A stretch of 37,267 nucleotides of DNA from an uncultured Actinomycetes bacterium (GTDB lineage Bacteria; Actinomycetota; Acidimicrobiia; Spongiisociales; DATADW01), in NCBI GenBank assembly GCA_963824995.1, contig CAWGRK010000001.1:263094-300360 (forward strand). Direction: 5' to 3'. The notes beneath the pieces were generated by a model. It was not told where the DNA came from. It made no database searches and saw only the letters and a list, made by a program, of their open reading frames with translations. Shown here piece by piece: positions 27,286 to 36,179 of this stretch (positions are counted from its first letter, which is position 1; every line of letters begins with the position of its first letter). The translations under genes were made by a program, and so were the position numbers.

Positions 27286-28624
27286 AGCTCACCATCAAGG
27301 GAGGCTCTGTGGTGACCGCCCAAGGGGTGACCACCGCCGATGTGGCGTCCTCCGATGGCGTGATCACCGGGGTCGGCCAGGTCGCGGAGCGGGGGAGGGT
27401 GGTGGACGCCGGCGGTCTGATCGTCCTCCCCGGGATGGTGGACACCCACGTCCATCTCATGGACCCGGGCCCGACCGAGCGAGAGGACTTTCCCACCGGC
27501 ACCAGGGCGGCAGCCATCAGGGGGGTGACGACCGTGGTCGAGCACACCCATGCCCACCCGGTCCGCAGCTCGTCGGACCTGGCCGCCAAACGGGCACACC
27601 TGATCGATCGGTCGAACGTCGACTATGGGCTGGCCGCCCATGTCTGGCCCGAGGACATCCGCGGTATCCCTGACCTGTGGCAGGCCGGTGTCGCCTTCTT
27701 CAAGCTCTTCACCTGCACCACCCATGGCGTGCCCGGTCTCTCCGCCGCCGAGGTGCTCGGCGCGCTCACCGCTCTGGCCGCTGTGGATGGCCGGGCGCTG
27801 GTGCATTGCGAGGACGAGAGGACGACAGCGATGGCCGAGAGGGCGCTGCGGGATGCCGGTCGGCATGACCCGGGTCTGCTGGTCGAATGGCGCAGCCGGG
27901 AGGCGGAGCTATCGGCGCTGACCATGGTGGGGGCGCTGGCCGCCGCCACCGGTGCCGCGGTCACCTTCGCCCATGTCAGCAGCGGTGAGGCGGTTGACGC
28001 GGTGGAGACCGCCCGAAGCTGGGGTGCGGACGTAGCGGCAGAGGCCTGCCCGCAGTACCTGGCCCTCGACGAGCAGAGGTGATCCACCACGGTCCACTCC
28101 GCAAGTTCACCCCACCGGCCCGCAGCCGCAGCGATGAGGAACGAGACGATATGTGGCGGTCGCTGCGCAACGGATCGCTCACCCACGTCGCCACCGATCA
28201 TGCCCCCTCCACCCTCGAGCAGAAGCTGGCGGGCGACATCTGGGATGCACCGTTCGGGCTACCGGGCCTCGACACCACCTACCCGTTCATGGTCGATGCG
28301 GCGCTGCGCGGCGTGCTCACACTCGAGGAAGTCGCCCACCGCTGCGCTACCTACCCGGCCGAGCGCTACGGGCTGGCTCCGGCCAAGGGGGCCATCCGTG
28401 TGGGCGCCGATGCCGACCTGGTTCTGGTGGATCCAACCGCAACCTGGACGGTCGAACGAACCGAGATCGTCTCCAGGGCAGGCTGGTCCCCCTTCGAAGG
28501 CCGCACCTTCCGCGGCCGTGCCGTGGCCACATTCCTCCGCGGCGAGGAGATAGCCGCCAACGGAAAGTGCCACGAACGGAGGAGCGGAAAGTTCCTGCCC
28601 GGCATGGGGGCGCCGAAGATCTAG
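27282..28624 (+). CDS. Cyclic amidohydrolase (allantoinase/dihydroorotase/hydantoinase family), frameshift near 28075
   Basis: MKLTIKGGSVV, PGMVDTHVHLMDPG, GVTTVVEH, FKLF, VHCED, AHVSS, EACPQYL; then KFTPPAR, ATDHAP, GADADLVLVD, WSPFEG in the next frame. ATGA overlap with the upstream gene. Confidence 0.9.
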
Positions 28625-28635
28625 CTCATAGGGCT

Positions 28636-28686
28636 TCTGCCGTCTGCCGTCTGCCGTCTCCCGCTGCCGTCTGCCGTCCGCCGTCT
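28636..28686 (+). repeat. Heptamer tandem repeat (TCTGCCG)n, about 7 imperfect units
   Basis: tctgccg x3, tctcccg, ctgccg, tctgccg, tccgccg, tct; a TACGAT -10-like box follows at 28694-28699. Confidence 0.85.
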
Positions 28687-28726
28687 CTCGCTATACGATC
28701 CACGATCCCCCACCGGAGGCGTTCTC

Positions 28727-29668
28727 TTGGCCCGCTTCAAGGTTGTTGTCAGCGACCAGGTGTTCCCCAGCGTCGACACCGAGCGCTCGATGCTTGGCGA
28801 GATCGACGCCGAACTCGAGGTCGCCGAGGGCGACATGAAACAGGTTCTGGCGGTGGCATCCGATGCCGACGCCATCCTCAACACCTACCTGCCGTGGGAT
28901 GAACCGGCGCTGGCGAGGCTGGAGCGCTGCCGGATCATCGCCCGCTATGGGATCGGCGTAGACAACATCGACCTCGAGGCGGCGAAGAAACACGGCATCG
29001 TCGTCACCAATGTCCCCGACTACTCGGTCGAGGAGGTGGCGGTCCACGCCCTGACCTTGATCTTGGCGGCGCTGCGACGTCTGCCCACCGCCCAGGGCAT
29101 GGTGGCCGAGGGTGGGTGGGGGATCGACGGGGTCCGTCCCATCCGGCGGCTGAGCCTGCTCACCGTCGGATTGCTCGGGTACGGGCGGATAGGTCGCCGG
29201 CTGGGCGCCTTCTTCGAGGCGGTGGGCACCGATCTCATCGTCCACGACCCCTACCTGCGCCCCGATCCCGCCGGACCGCCGCTGGTCGGGTTCGATGAGT
29301 TGCTGGAGAGGGCCGACATCATCTCCGTCCACGCCCCGCTCACCCCGGAGACGAAAGGGATGATCGGCGCCGACGCCATCGGACGGATGCGCCCCGGCGC
29401 CATCCTGGTGAACACCTCGCGGGGACCGCTGGTGGATCTCGACGCCGTGACTGCGGCGCTGTCCGACGGACGGCTCGGGGCCGCCGCCCTCGACGTCTTC
29501 GACCGCGAGCCACTTGACCCCGAGCGGATCGTCGGTGTCCCCAACCTGATCGCTACTCCCCACATGGCCTACTACTCGGAGGAAGCGCTCGCCGAGTCGC
29601 AGCGGAAGGCGACCACCCAGGTGGTCAAGGTGCTCACCGGCGAGTCGCCCGACTACCAGGTCAACTGA
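28727..29668 (+). CDS. D-isomer-specific 2-hydroxyacid dehydrogenase (CtBP-like subgroup)
   Basis: RYGIGVDNID, NVPDYSVEEVA, GYGRIG, VNTSRG, LDVFDREP, TPHMAYYS; GGAGG RBS. Confidence 0.92.
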   Translation: MARFKVVVSDQVFPSVDTERSMLGEIDAELEVAEGDMKQVLAVASDADAILNTYLPWDEPALARLERCRIIARYGIGVDNIDLEAAKKHGIVVTNVPDYSVEEVAVHALTLILAALRRLPTAQGMVAEGGWGIDGVRPIRRLSLLTVGLLGYGRIGRRLGAFFEAVGTDLIVHDPYLRPDPAGPPLVGFDELLERADIISVHAPLTPETKGMIGADAIGRMRPGAILVNTSRGPLVDLDAVTAALSDGRLGAAALDVFDREPLDPERIVGVPNLIATPHMAYYSEEALAESQRKATTQVVKVLTGESPDYQVN

Positions 29669-29677
29669 CCCTGCTCT

Positions 29678-29706
29678 GCAATCGATTGTTGGGGATGTGA
29701 TACCGT
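29678..29706 (+). promoter_or_regulatory. LacI-type operator GCAATCGATTGT (29678-29689) with a TACCGT -10-like box (29701-29706)
   Basis: Palindrome matching the recurring motif, immediately upstream of the molybdoenzyme ATG. Confidence 0.7.
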
Positions 29707-29715
29707 CGGCGGTCG

Positions 29716-31995
29716 ATGGCCGCCGACCAGCAACGGCCCCTCTATCAGCCGGTTGCCCCTCGGCGCCGGGAGGATCAACGCCTGATCACCGGCGCCGGCC
29801 GCTTCGTCGCCGACCTGGCGCCGGCGGGAACCCTCCACCTCGCCTTCGTCCGTAGCACCGAGGCCCATGCGCTGATCCTCGAGGTGGACACCACCGAGGC
29901 GGCGCAGGCCCGGGGAGTCGCCCTGGTGGCCACGGCGGCCGATCTCGACCTGCCCGACATCCCCGGTGGCTCGCTCGCGGTGAGCGGTGACGGTTTCGCC
30001 CGTCCCCATCTCGCCAGGGACCGGGTGCGGTACGTCGGCGAGCCGATGGCGGTGGTAGCCGCCGAGACGGCGGCGCTGGCAATGGACGCTGCCGAGGCGA
30101 TCTGGGTCGAGTACGAGCCGTTGCCCGTGGTGGCCGATCCGGCGACCGCCATCACCGACGGAGTCATCCTCCACCCTGCGGCGGGGACCAACGTGGTCGA
30201 GCAGTGGGAACTGGGGTCGACTGCCGGCAGAGACGGCGATCGGCTGGCGATCGAGTTGACCGTCAACAACCAGCGACTGGCGCCGGTGGCTGTCGAGCCA
30301 CTCGCCATCCTGGTCGAGCCTGGAGCGGACGGGACATTGACCGTGTGGTGCGGCCACCAGCGGCCCCACGAGCTTCGTGACCGGCTGGCAAGACTCCTCC
30401 GTATGGATCCGGCGGCGATCAGGGCGATCGTCCCCGACGTCGGCGGCGCCTTTGGGATGAAGGGGATGATGTTCCCCGAGTACACGGTTGCCGCCGCCAT
30501 GGCGATCCGGTTGGAACGACCGGTCATCTGGGCTGAGCGGCGCCGGGAGCATCTCTCAGGAGGGACCCACGGGCGTGGCTCCACTCACACGGTGCGGCTC
30601 GTCGGGTACAGGGATGGCCGGATCGTCCGGGCGGAACTGGCGGAGCTGGCCGACGTCGGCGCCTATCCGCACAACGGCTCCTCGATCCCTGCCTTCTCCC
30701 GCTACGTGGCCACCGGTCTCTACGACTTCCCGGAGGTCCACATCAGCACCACCACCGTCGTGACCAACCGGGCCCCGACGGGCTCCTACCGCGGTGCGGG
30801 AAGACCGGAGGCGGCGTACGCCATCGAGAGAGCGATGGACGCCTACGCCAGGGAGGCCGGCCTCGATCCAGTCGAGGTGAGGCTGGCGAACTTCATCAGG
30901 GATCTCCCCTTCACCACGGCAACCGGCGCCATCTACGACTCGGGCGACTACGCCGCAGCGCTGCGCAAGGCGGTGGACCTGTTGGGCCTCACCGAGGTCC
31001 GGCGGGTCCAAGAGGAGCGCCGCACCGGGGGAGGTCGGCCGATCGGTGTCGGGATCGGAGCATTCGTCGAGCGGGCCGGCGGTCGAGTGGACACCGGCGA
31101 GTACGGCAGGGTGGAGGTCGGTCCCACCGGGGATGTCACGGTGCGGACCGGGTCCACCTCGTCGGGACAGGGACACGAGACCGTGTGGCCCGAGGTGGTC
31201 GCCTCGGCCCTCGGGCTGCCGTCGGACCGGGTGGCCCTCGTTGCCGGCGACACCGCGAAGGTGGCCAGGGGAACAGGCACCGCGGCCAGCAGGTCTGCCC
31301 AGATCGGCGCGTCGGCGGCGTGGCGTACCGCACTGGTGGTCCGCCAACGGGCTGTCGCCCTGGCCGCCGATCTGTTGGAGGCCGCCCCCGTGGACATCGA
31401 GGTCTCCGACGGCCGGTTCACCGTCGCCGGCGTGCCCGGTGCCGGTGTCACCTGGGACGAGGTGGCGGCGAGGGCCGAGGAGCACGGTGTCGAGCTTGCG
31501 GCCGAGGAGTGGTACGTCCCGGGCGCCCAGACCTTCCCATATGGCGTGCACCTCGCGGTGGTCGAGGTGGACATCGACACCGGTGAGGTGAGCCTGTCGA
31601 GGATGGTGACCGTCGACGACTGCGGCACCGTGCTCAACCCGATGGTCGTCCAGGGACAGATCGAGGGATCGTTGCTCCAAGGCATAGGGCAGGCGCTGTA
31701 CGAGCGCGTCGTCTACGACGAAGCGGGGCAACTGCTCACATCGACGCTGGTCGACTACCAGCTCCCCCGGGCAGCCGATGCGCCCCCGCTGACCCATGCC
31801 CGCCTCGTCCATCCCGCCCCCTCCAACCCGCTCGGGGTGAAAGGCGCCGGGGAGGCGGGGTGCATCGGGGCGCCGCCCGCCATCGTCAACGCTGTCCTCG
31901 ACGCACTGGCGCCATACGGCGTGACGCACCTCGACATGCCGCTCCACCCGGCGACGGTGTGGGAGGCGATCCAGGCCGCCCGGTCGGACCGCTAG
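29716..31995 (+). CDS. Xanthine dehydrogenase-family molybdopterin-binding large subunit (form II CoxL-like)
   Basis: RREDQRLITGAGRFVAD, VRYVGEP, DVGGAFGMK, active-site loop GSYRGAGRPEA, GQGHET, SRSAQ, GQIEG, GVKGAGEAG. Confidence 0.93.
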   Translation: MAADQQRPLYQPVAPRRREDQRLITGAGRFVADLAPAGTLHLAFVRSTEAHALILEVDTTEAAQARGVALVATAADLDLPDIPGGSLAVSGDGFARPHLARDRVRYVGEPMAVVAAETAALAMDAAEAIWVEYEPLPVVADPATAITDGVILHPAAGTNVVEQWELGSTAGRDGDRLAIELTVNNQRLAPVAVEPLAILVEPGADGTLTVWCGHQRPHELRDRLARLLRMDPAAIRAIVPDVGGAFGMKGMMFPEYTVAAAMAIRLERPVIWAERRREHLSGGTHGRGSTHTVRLVGYRDGRIVRAELAELADVGAYPHNGSSIPAFSRYVATGLYDFPEVHISTTTVVTNRAPTGSYRGAGRPEAAYAIERAMDAYAREAGLDPVEVRLANFIRDLPFTTATGAIYDSGDYAAALRKAVDLLGLTEVRRVQEERRTGGGRPIGVGIGAFVERAGGRVDTGEYGRVEVGPTGDVTVRTGSTSSGQGHETVWPEVVASALGLPSDRVALVAGDTAKVARGTGTAASRSAQIGASAAWRTALVVRQRAVALAADLLEAAPVDIEVSDGRFTVAGVPGAGVTWDEVAARAEEHGVELAAEEWYVPGAQTFPYGVHLAVVEVDIDTGEVSLSRMVTVDDCGTVLNPMVVQGQIEGSLLQGIGQALYERVVYDEAGQLLTSTLVDYQLPRAADAPPLTHARLVHPAPSNPLGVKGAGEAGCIGAPPAIVNAVLDALAPYGVTHLDMPLHPATVWEAIQAARSDR

Positions 31996-32995
31996 CCGTC
32001 GAGCCCGAGCAGGGCTGCCGCCGTGTTCCCCAGGATGGCGGCAGCATCGCCCTCGTCGAGTCGCTCGACCTTTCCGATCAGACCTACCGGGTCGGGCTCA
32101 CCCATGTCGTAGGGGTAGTCGCTCCCGAGGACGATCCGACCGGCGCCAAAGCGGTCGATCAGATAGCTGAGTTGGTCGGTTCGGAACACGACGGTGTCGA
32201 ACCAGAAGCGCTCCAGGTACTCACCCGGTGGCTTTGGGCAGCCCCTCCCTGACATCGGCCCTGGCGTGATAGGCGTGATCGAGCCGTCCCGCATATGCGG
32301 GGAGGAACCCGCCACCGTGGGCGAGTATCACGTGGAGGTCGGGATGACGCTCCATCACGCCGTCGAAGATCAGGTTGGCGATCGCCATGGTCGCTTCCCA
32401 TGGATGCCCGAGAATGTTGACGAAGTAGTGGTCCGCCAGCCTGGAGCGCTCCACCGGACCGCTCGAGTGGATGAGCACCACTGCACCCAGTTGCTCCACC
32501 CGGGTCCAGAACGGCTCGAGCCGTTGCGACGAAAGCTCTTCACCGTCGACATGGGTGGCCATCTGCACCCCGCGGAACCCGAGCTCGCCGACGCACCGCT
32601 CGAGCTCGGCGATCGCGGCGCCGGTGTCCTTGAGCGGGACGGTCCCCAGCCCGACGATCCGATCTGGGTGCCCGGCGATGGCCTCGGCCAACTCGTCGTT
32701 GACCACCCGGAACACCCGGTCGGCGAGCTCCGGTTCGGCCCAGTCGTAAATCTGATACGGCGCCAGTCGAGACCGCCTGGACGTCTACTCCCATCCGGTC
32801 CATGTCGGCGAGTCGGCGATCGATCGATGTCATCTGGGGCTCCAGTTGGAGGCGGAGCCGGCGATTGACCTCCTTTGTCAGTTCGTTGCCCACTGCCAGC
32901 GGGAGACGGCCGGCGCGCTCCGCCTCCTGACGCATCATCTCCATCGCCGGGGCGCACTCACGGTGGGCGTGAACGTCGACCACCCGAACGGTCAT
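31992..32995 (-). CDS. Amidohydrolase-2 family (ACMSD-like), frameshifts near 32762 and 32232
   Basis: VVDVHAH...[12 protein letters not shown] (ORF 32540..32995), LGHPWE and AHGGGFLP (ORF 32221..32715), FWFDTVVF and [10 protein letters not shown] (ORF 31992..32315). Confidence 0.88.
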
Positions 32996-33020
32996 GGCTC
33001 TCCCATGACGTCTTCGCCCA

Positions 33021-33678
33021 TCACCTCTTCGGTGCCTTTACGGGGAGTGCCACGTGGCGCTGTGTCAGGTCGATGGCGCCGGCGACATCGCGGGCCCGCA
33101 TCGCCTCGAAGAGGGCGACGTGCTGGCGGTTGGCCTCTGCGCGGAACCCTGCATGCCGCTCCAGGGCGGCGCTGACGTACATCATCACGGGATCCTGGAG
33201 CGTGTGGAGGACGGCGATCAGCCGGCGCGACTGGGCTCCCTCGTAGAGGGTGTCGTGGAACCTCCTGTTCCACTCGACCCAACGCTCCGACCCGGGATCG
33301 GCCAGCATCTCCGCCAGCACCGCGCCGGCCCGCTCCAGCATGTCCTCGTCGAGCCCGGCTATCGCCTCCTCGACCGCCACCGGTTCCAGTAGGTGCCTGA
33401 TCCGCACGACCTCGTCGATCTCGGCCCTGTCGAGCGAGCGGACTATCCCGCCCCGGTACGGGTCCATCTCGATGAAGCCCTCGGAGGCGAGAATGCGGAA
33501 TGCCTCGCGCACCGGTGTGGTGCTCACGCCGAGCGCCCCCGCCACCTCGGCCAGCGCAAGCGGTGTCCCGCCGGGGAAGATCTCCGTTGAGGATGGCGCG
33601 GCGCAATCTCGATCGCACAAGTTCGCTCGCAGTGAGCCGCGGCTGCTCGCCGGCGTTGCCTTGAGCAAGCCTCTCCAT
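33021..33678 (-). CDS. GntR-family (FCD) transcriptional regulator, frameshift near 33575; the true stop may be at 32992
   Basis: MERLAQ...[11 protein letters not shown], then [46 protein letters not shown]. Confidence 0.88.
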
Positions 33679-33713
33679 CGCCGCGGAGCGGGCAGAGGGA
33701 GGAGCGGGCGCGG

Positions 33714-34464
33714 TCAGGTCGCGACGAGGTCGAGCGACTCGAACTTGCGCAGCAGCTCGGCCTTGGCGAGCGCGACCTCGTCGGCGGCGGCATCGCGCGG
33801 GAACGGCAGGTCGATCGAGATGTCGTCCTCGAGCCGCCCGCCCTTGGCGAAGAGGAGGATCCGGGTCGAGAGCTCGACCGCCTCGCTCACGTCGTGGGTG
33901 ACGAACAGGACCGTCTTGCCGGTCGCCTGCCACAGCTCGTGCAGCTCGCGCCGCAGCGTGCGGCTCGTGATCGCGTCGAGGTGGCTGAACGGCTCGTCCA
34001 TGAGCAGCACGTCGGGCTCGATCGAGAAGGCGCGGGCGATGCCGACCCGCTGCTGCATGCCGCCGGACAGCTGGCCGGGGTAGGTCTTGGCGCGTGCGGC
34101 GAGCTCGACCATCTCGAGGAACTTCACGCAGCGCGCCCGGGCCGCGTCGTCGCGCACCCTCTGGACGAACAGCAGGTTGTCGATCACGGTGCGCCACGGC
34201 AGCAGCCGGGCGGCCTGGAAGACGTAGCCGAGCCTCGCGCGCGGTCGCCCTCGCGGTGACCTCGACCTCGCCGGAGGTCGGCGTCTCGATGCCGCTGAGG
34301 ATGTTCAGCAGCGTCGACTTGCCGCAGCCCGACGGGCCGACGACGCTCACGAACTCGTGCCCGGACACCTCGAAGACGCGTCCTCGAGCGCCACGACCGT
34401 GAGTCGGTGTCGAGACGATCGTGCCTTGCGGAGGTTCTGGAACTCCTCGCCAGGATTCGCGCAC
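33714..34464 (-). CDS. ABC transporter ATP-binding protein, TauB/SsuB-like (frameshifted)
   Basis: Walker [10 protein letters not shown]; signature [18 protein letters not shown]; Walker B LLMDEPF; FVTHD. Pieces lie in different frames. Confidence 0.88.
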
Positions 34465-34473
34465 GCTACTCGC

Positions 34474-35327
34474 CTATGGCCTTCTCGGTGCGCCGGGTCC
34501 CGCGGCCGCCAGCGGAACACTCGCGCCGACAGCCGGCCGAAGATCAGGCGCTCGACGATCAGCGCGAAGATGACGAAGAACAGGGCGTAGCCGACGATCC
34601 CCTGCGCGCGGTGGGCGTCGTACCAGAACTTGATCGTCCAGCCGGCGCCGTTGGTCGAGGCGAACAGCTCGGCGAGCACGAGGCCCTTCCACGCGTTGGC
34701 CAGCGCGTAGCGCAGCGCCGCGAAGAAGAACGGCATCAGCGACGGGAAGATCACGTGGCGGATCGAGTCGCGCCGCCGCGACGCCGTACGCCCGTGCGCC
34801 ATGTCGAGCAGGTCCTTGGGCACGTTGCGGACGCCCTCGGCGACGTTGATGACCACGAACGTCCACGCGGCGAGCACGACCGTGATCAGCGGCGCGATGG
34901 TCGCCGAAGCCGAACCACATCGCGGCGATCAGCGCCCACACCAGCGACGGCATCGCGAGGCCGACGACGACGAAGTCGTGGCCGAACCAGTCGCCTTCTT
35001 CGACAGCCCCATCAGCAGGCCGATCGGGATCCCGATCGCGAAGGCGATCGCCAGGCCGAGGCTGAGCCGCCGCAGGCTCAGTCCCGAACGCCTCGTAGAC
35101 CGTCTGCGGCGCCAGCGTGTCGCCGCGGATCTCGTCCCACATGAACTCGGCGACCTCGGCCGGGGTCGGGACGAGCAGCGTCGGCAGCAGCGGGATCGAG
35201 AGCTGCCAGACGACCAGGAAGGCGACCCGAGGCGAAGTCGCGCGCGAAGCGGGGGGATCGCAGAACGCGGATGCGGCCGCTCCGTGCGCTCGCGGGCGTG
35301 GGGCGGGCGGAGGGCGACGACGCTCAC
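34474..35327 (-). CDS. ABC transporter permease, TauC/SsuC-like (several frameshifts)
   Basis: VPTPAEVAE, SLRRLSLGLAIAFAIGIPIGLLMG, EGVRNVPKDLLDMA, RHVIFPSLMPFFF, AWKGLVLAELF. Confidence 0.82.
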
Positions 35328-36173
35328 TGGCCACCTCCGGCCGCCAGCGGTAGAAGCGGTTCATCTGGCGCTGCAGCACGCCGCGCTCGAGCAACAGCGC
35401 GAAGGCGAAGAAGAGCAGCACCCAGGCCAGGAAGCCGGCCATGTTGAACGACTGGAACTCGCCGCCGCATCATGAAGCCGATGCCCTCGGTGCCCACGAT
35501 CACCTCGATCAGCGTGGCGATCTTCCAGCTGACCGAAGCCGTAGCGGGCGGCGGTGAAGAAGAACGGCGCCAGGAACGGCAGCAGGACGTGGCGCAGGAC
35601 GCGGTGCTGCGGCACGTTGAACGCGCGCGCCATGTCGTCGAGGTCCTTCGGCGCCGCCTTGACGCCCTCGACGACGTTGACGGCGACGTAGGAGAGGCTC
35701 GTGACGATCACGCAGACGATCGGGCCGAGCGCGCCGAGCCCGAAGATCATCGCGCAGACGAGCGCGAAGACCAGGCCGGGCGTGGTCAGCGTGACCATCA
35801 CCCAGTCGCCGAGGAACGCCTCCCACCAGCGGCTGCGGCCCATCGCGATGCCGATCACGGTGCCGATCACGAACGCGATCGCGAAGCCGATCGCGATGTT
35901 CGTCAGCGTGGCCGCGAAGTGCGTGACCAGCTGGTCGGAGGTGATGATCGCCCACATCTCCTCGGCGATCACCGCGGGCGGCGGCAGGATGAAGTCCTGC
36001 ACCAGGTGAGGTCGAGGTGAACTGCCAGACGGCGAGGAAGGTGACGTAGCCGACGGCGCGCAGCTCAGAGGCGGCGCGTCCGCCGGCGCGCCGTCTTGCG
36101 CGCCTCGGCTGATGGCCGTCGCTCCGCCGCCGTCGGGACGGGCGCGGGCCGGCGCCGTTGCGCTCGCCGACAC
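35324..36173 (-). CDS. ABC transporter permease, TauC/SsuC-like (several frameshifts; ends approximate)
   Basis: ILPPPAVIAE, IAIGFAIAFVIGTVIGIAMG, EGVKAAPKDLDDMARAF, RHVLLPFLAPFFF, LLERGVLQ...YRWRP. Confidence 0.82.
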
Positions 36174-36179
36174 GTCTTG

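Noticed and set aside
27282..28624. pyrC/allB assignment or a programmed frameshift near 28075
   Set aside because: Family is clear but specificity is not; no slippery heptamer is visible, and similar indels occur throughout the window.
29716..31995. Aerobic CO dehydrogenase (form I coxL)
   Set aside because: The loop is SYRGAGR, not the form I AYXCSFR, and there are no coxMS or accessory genes.
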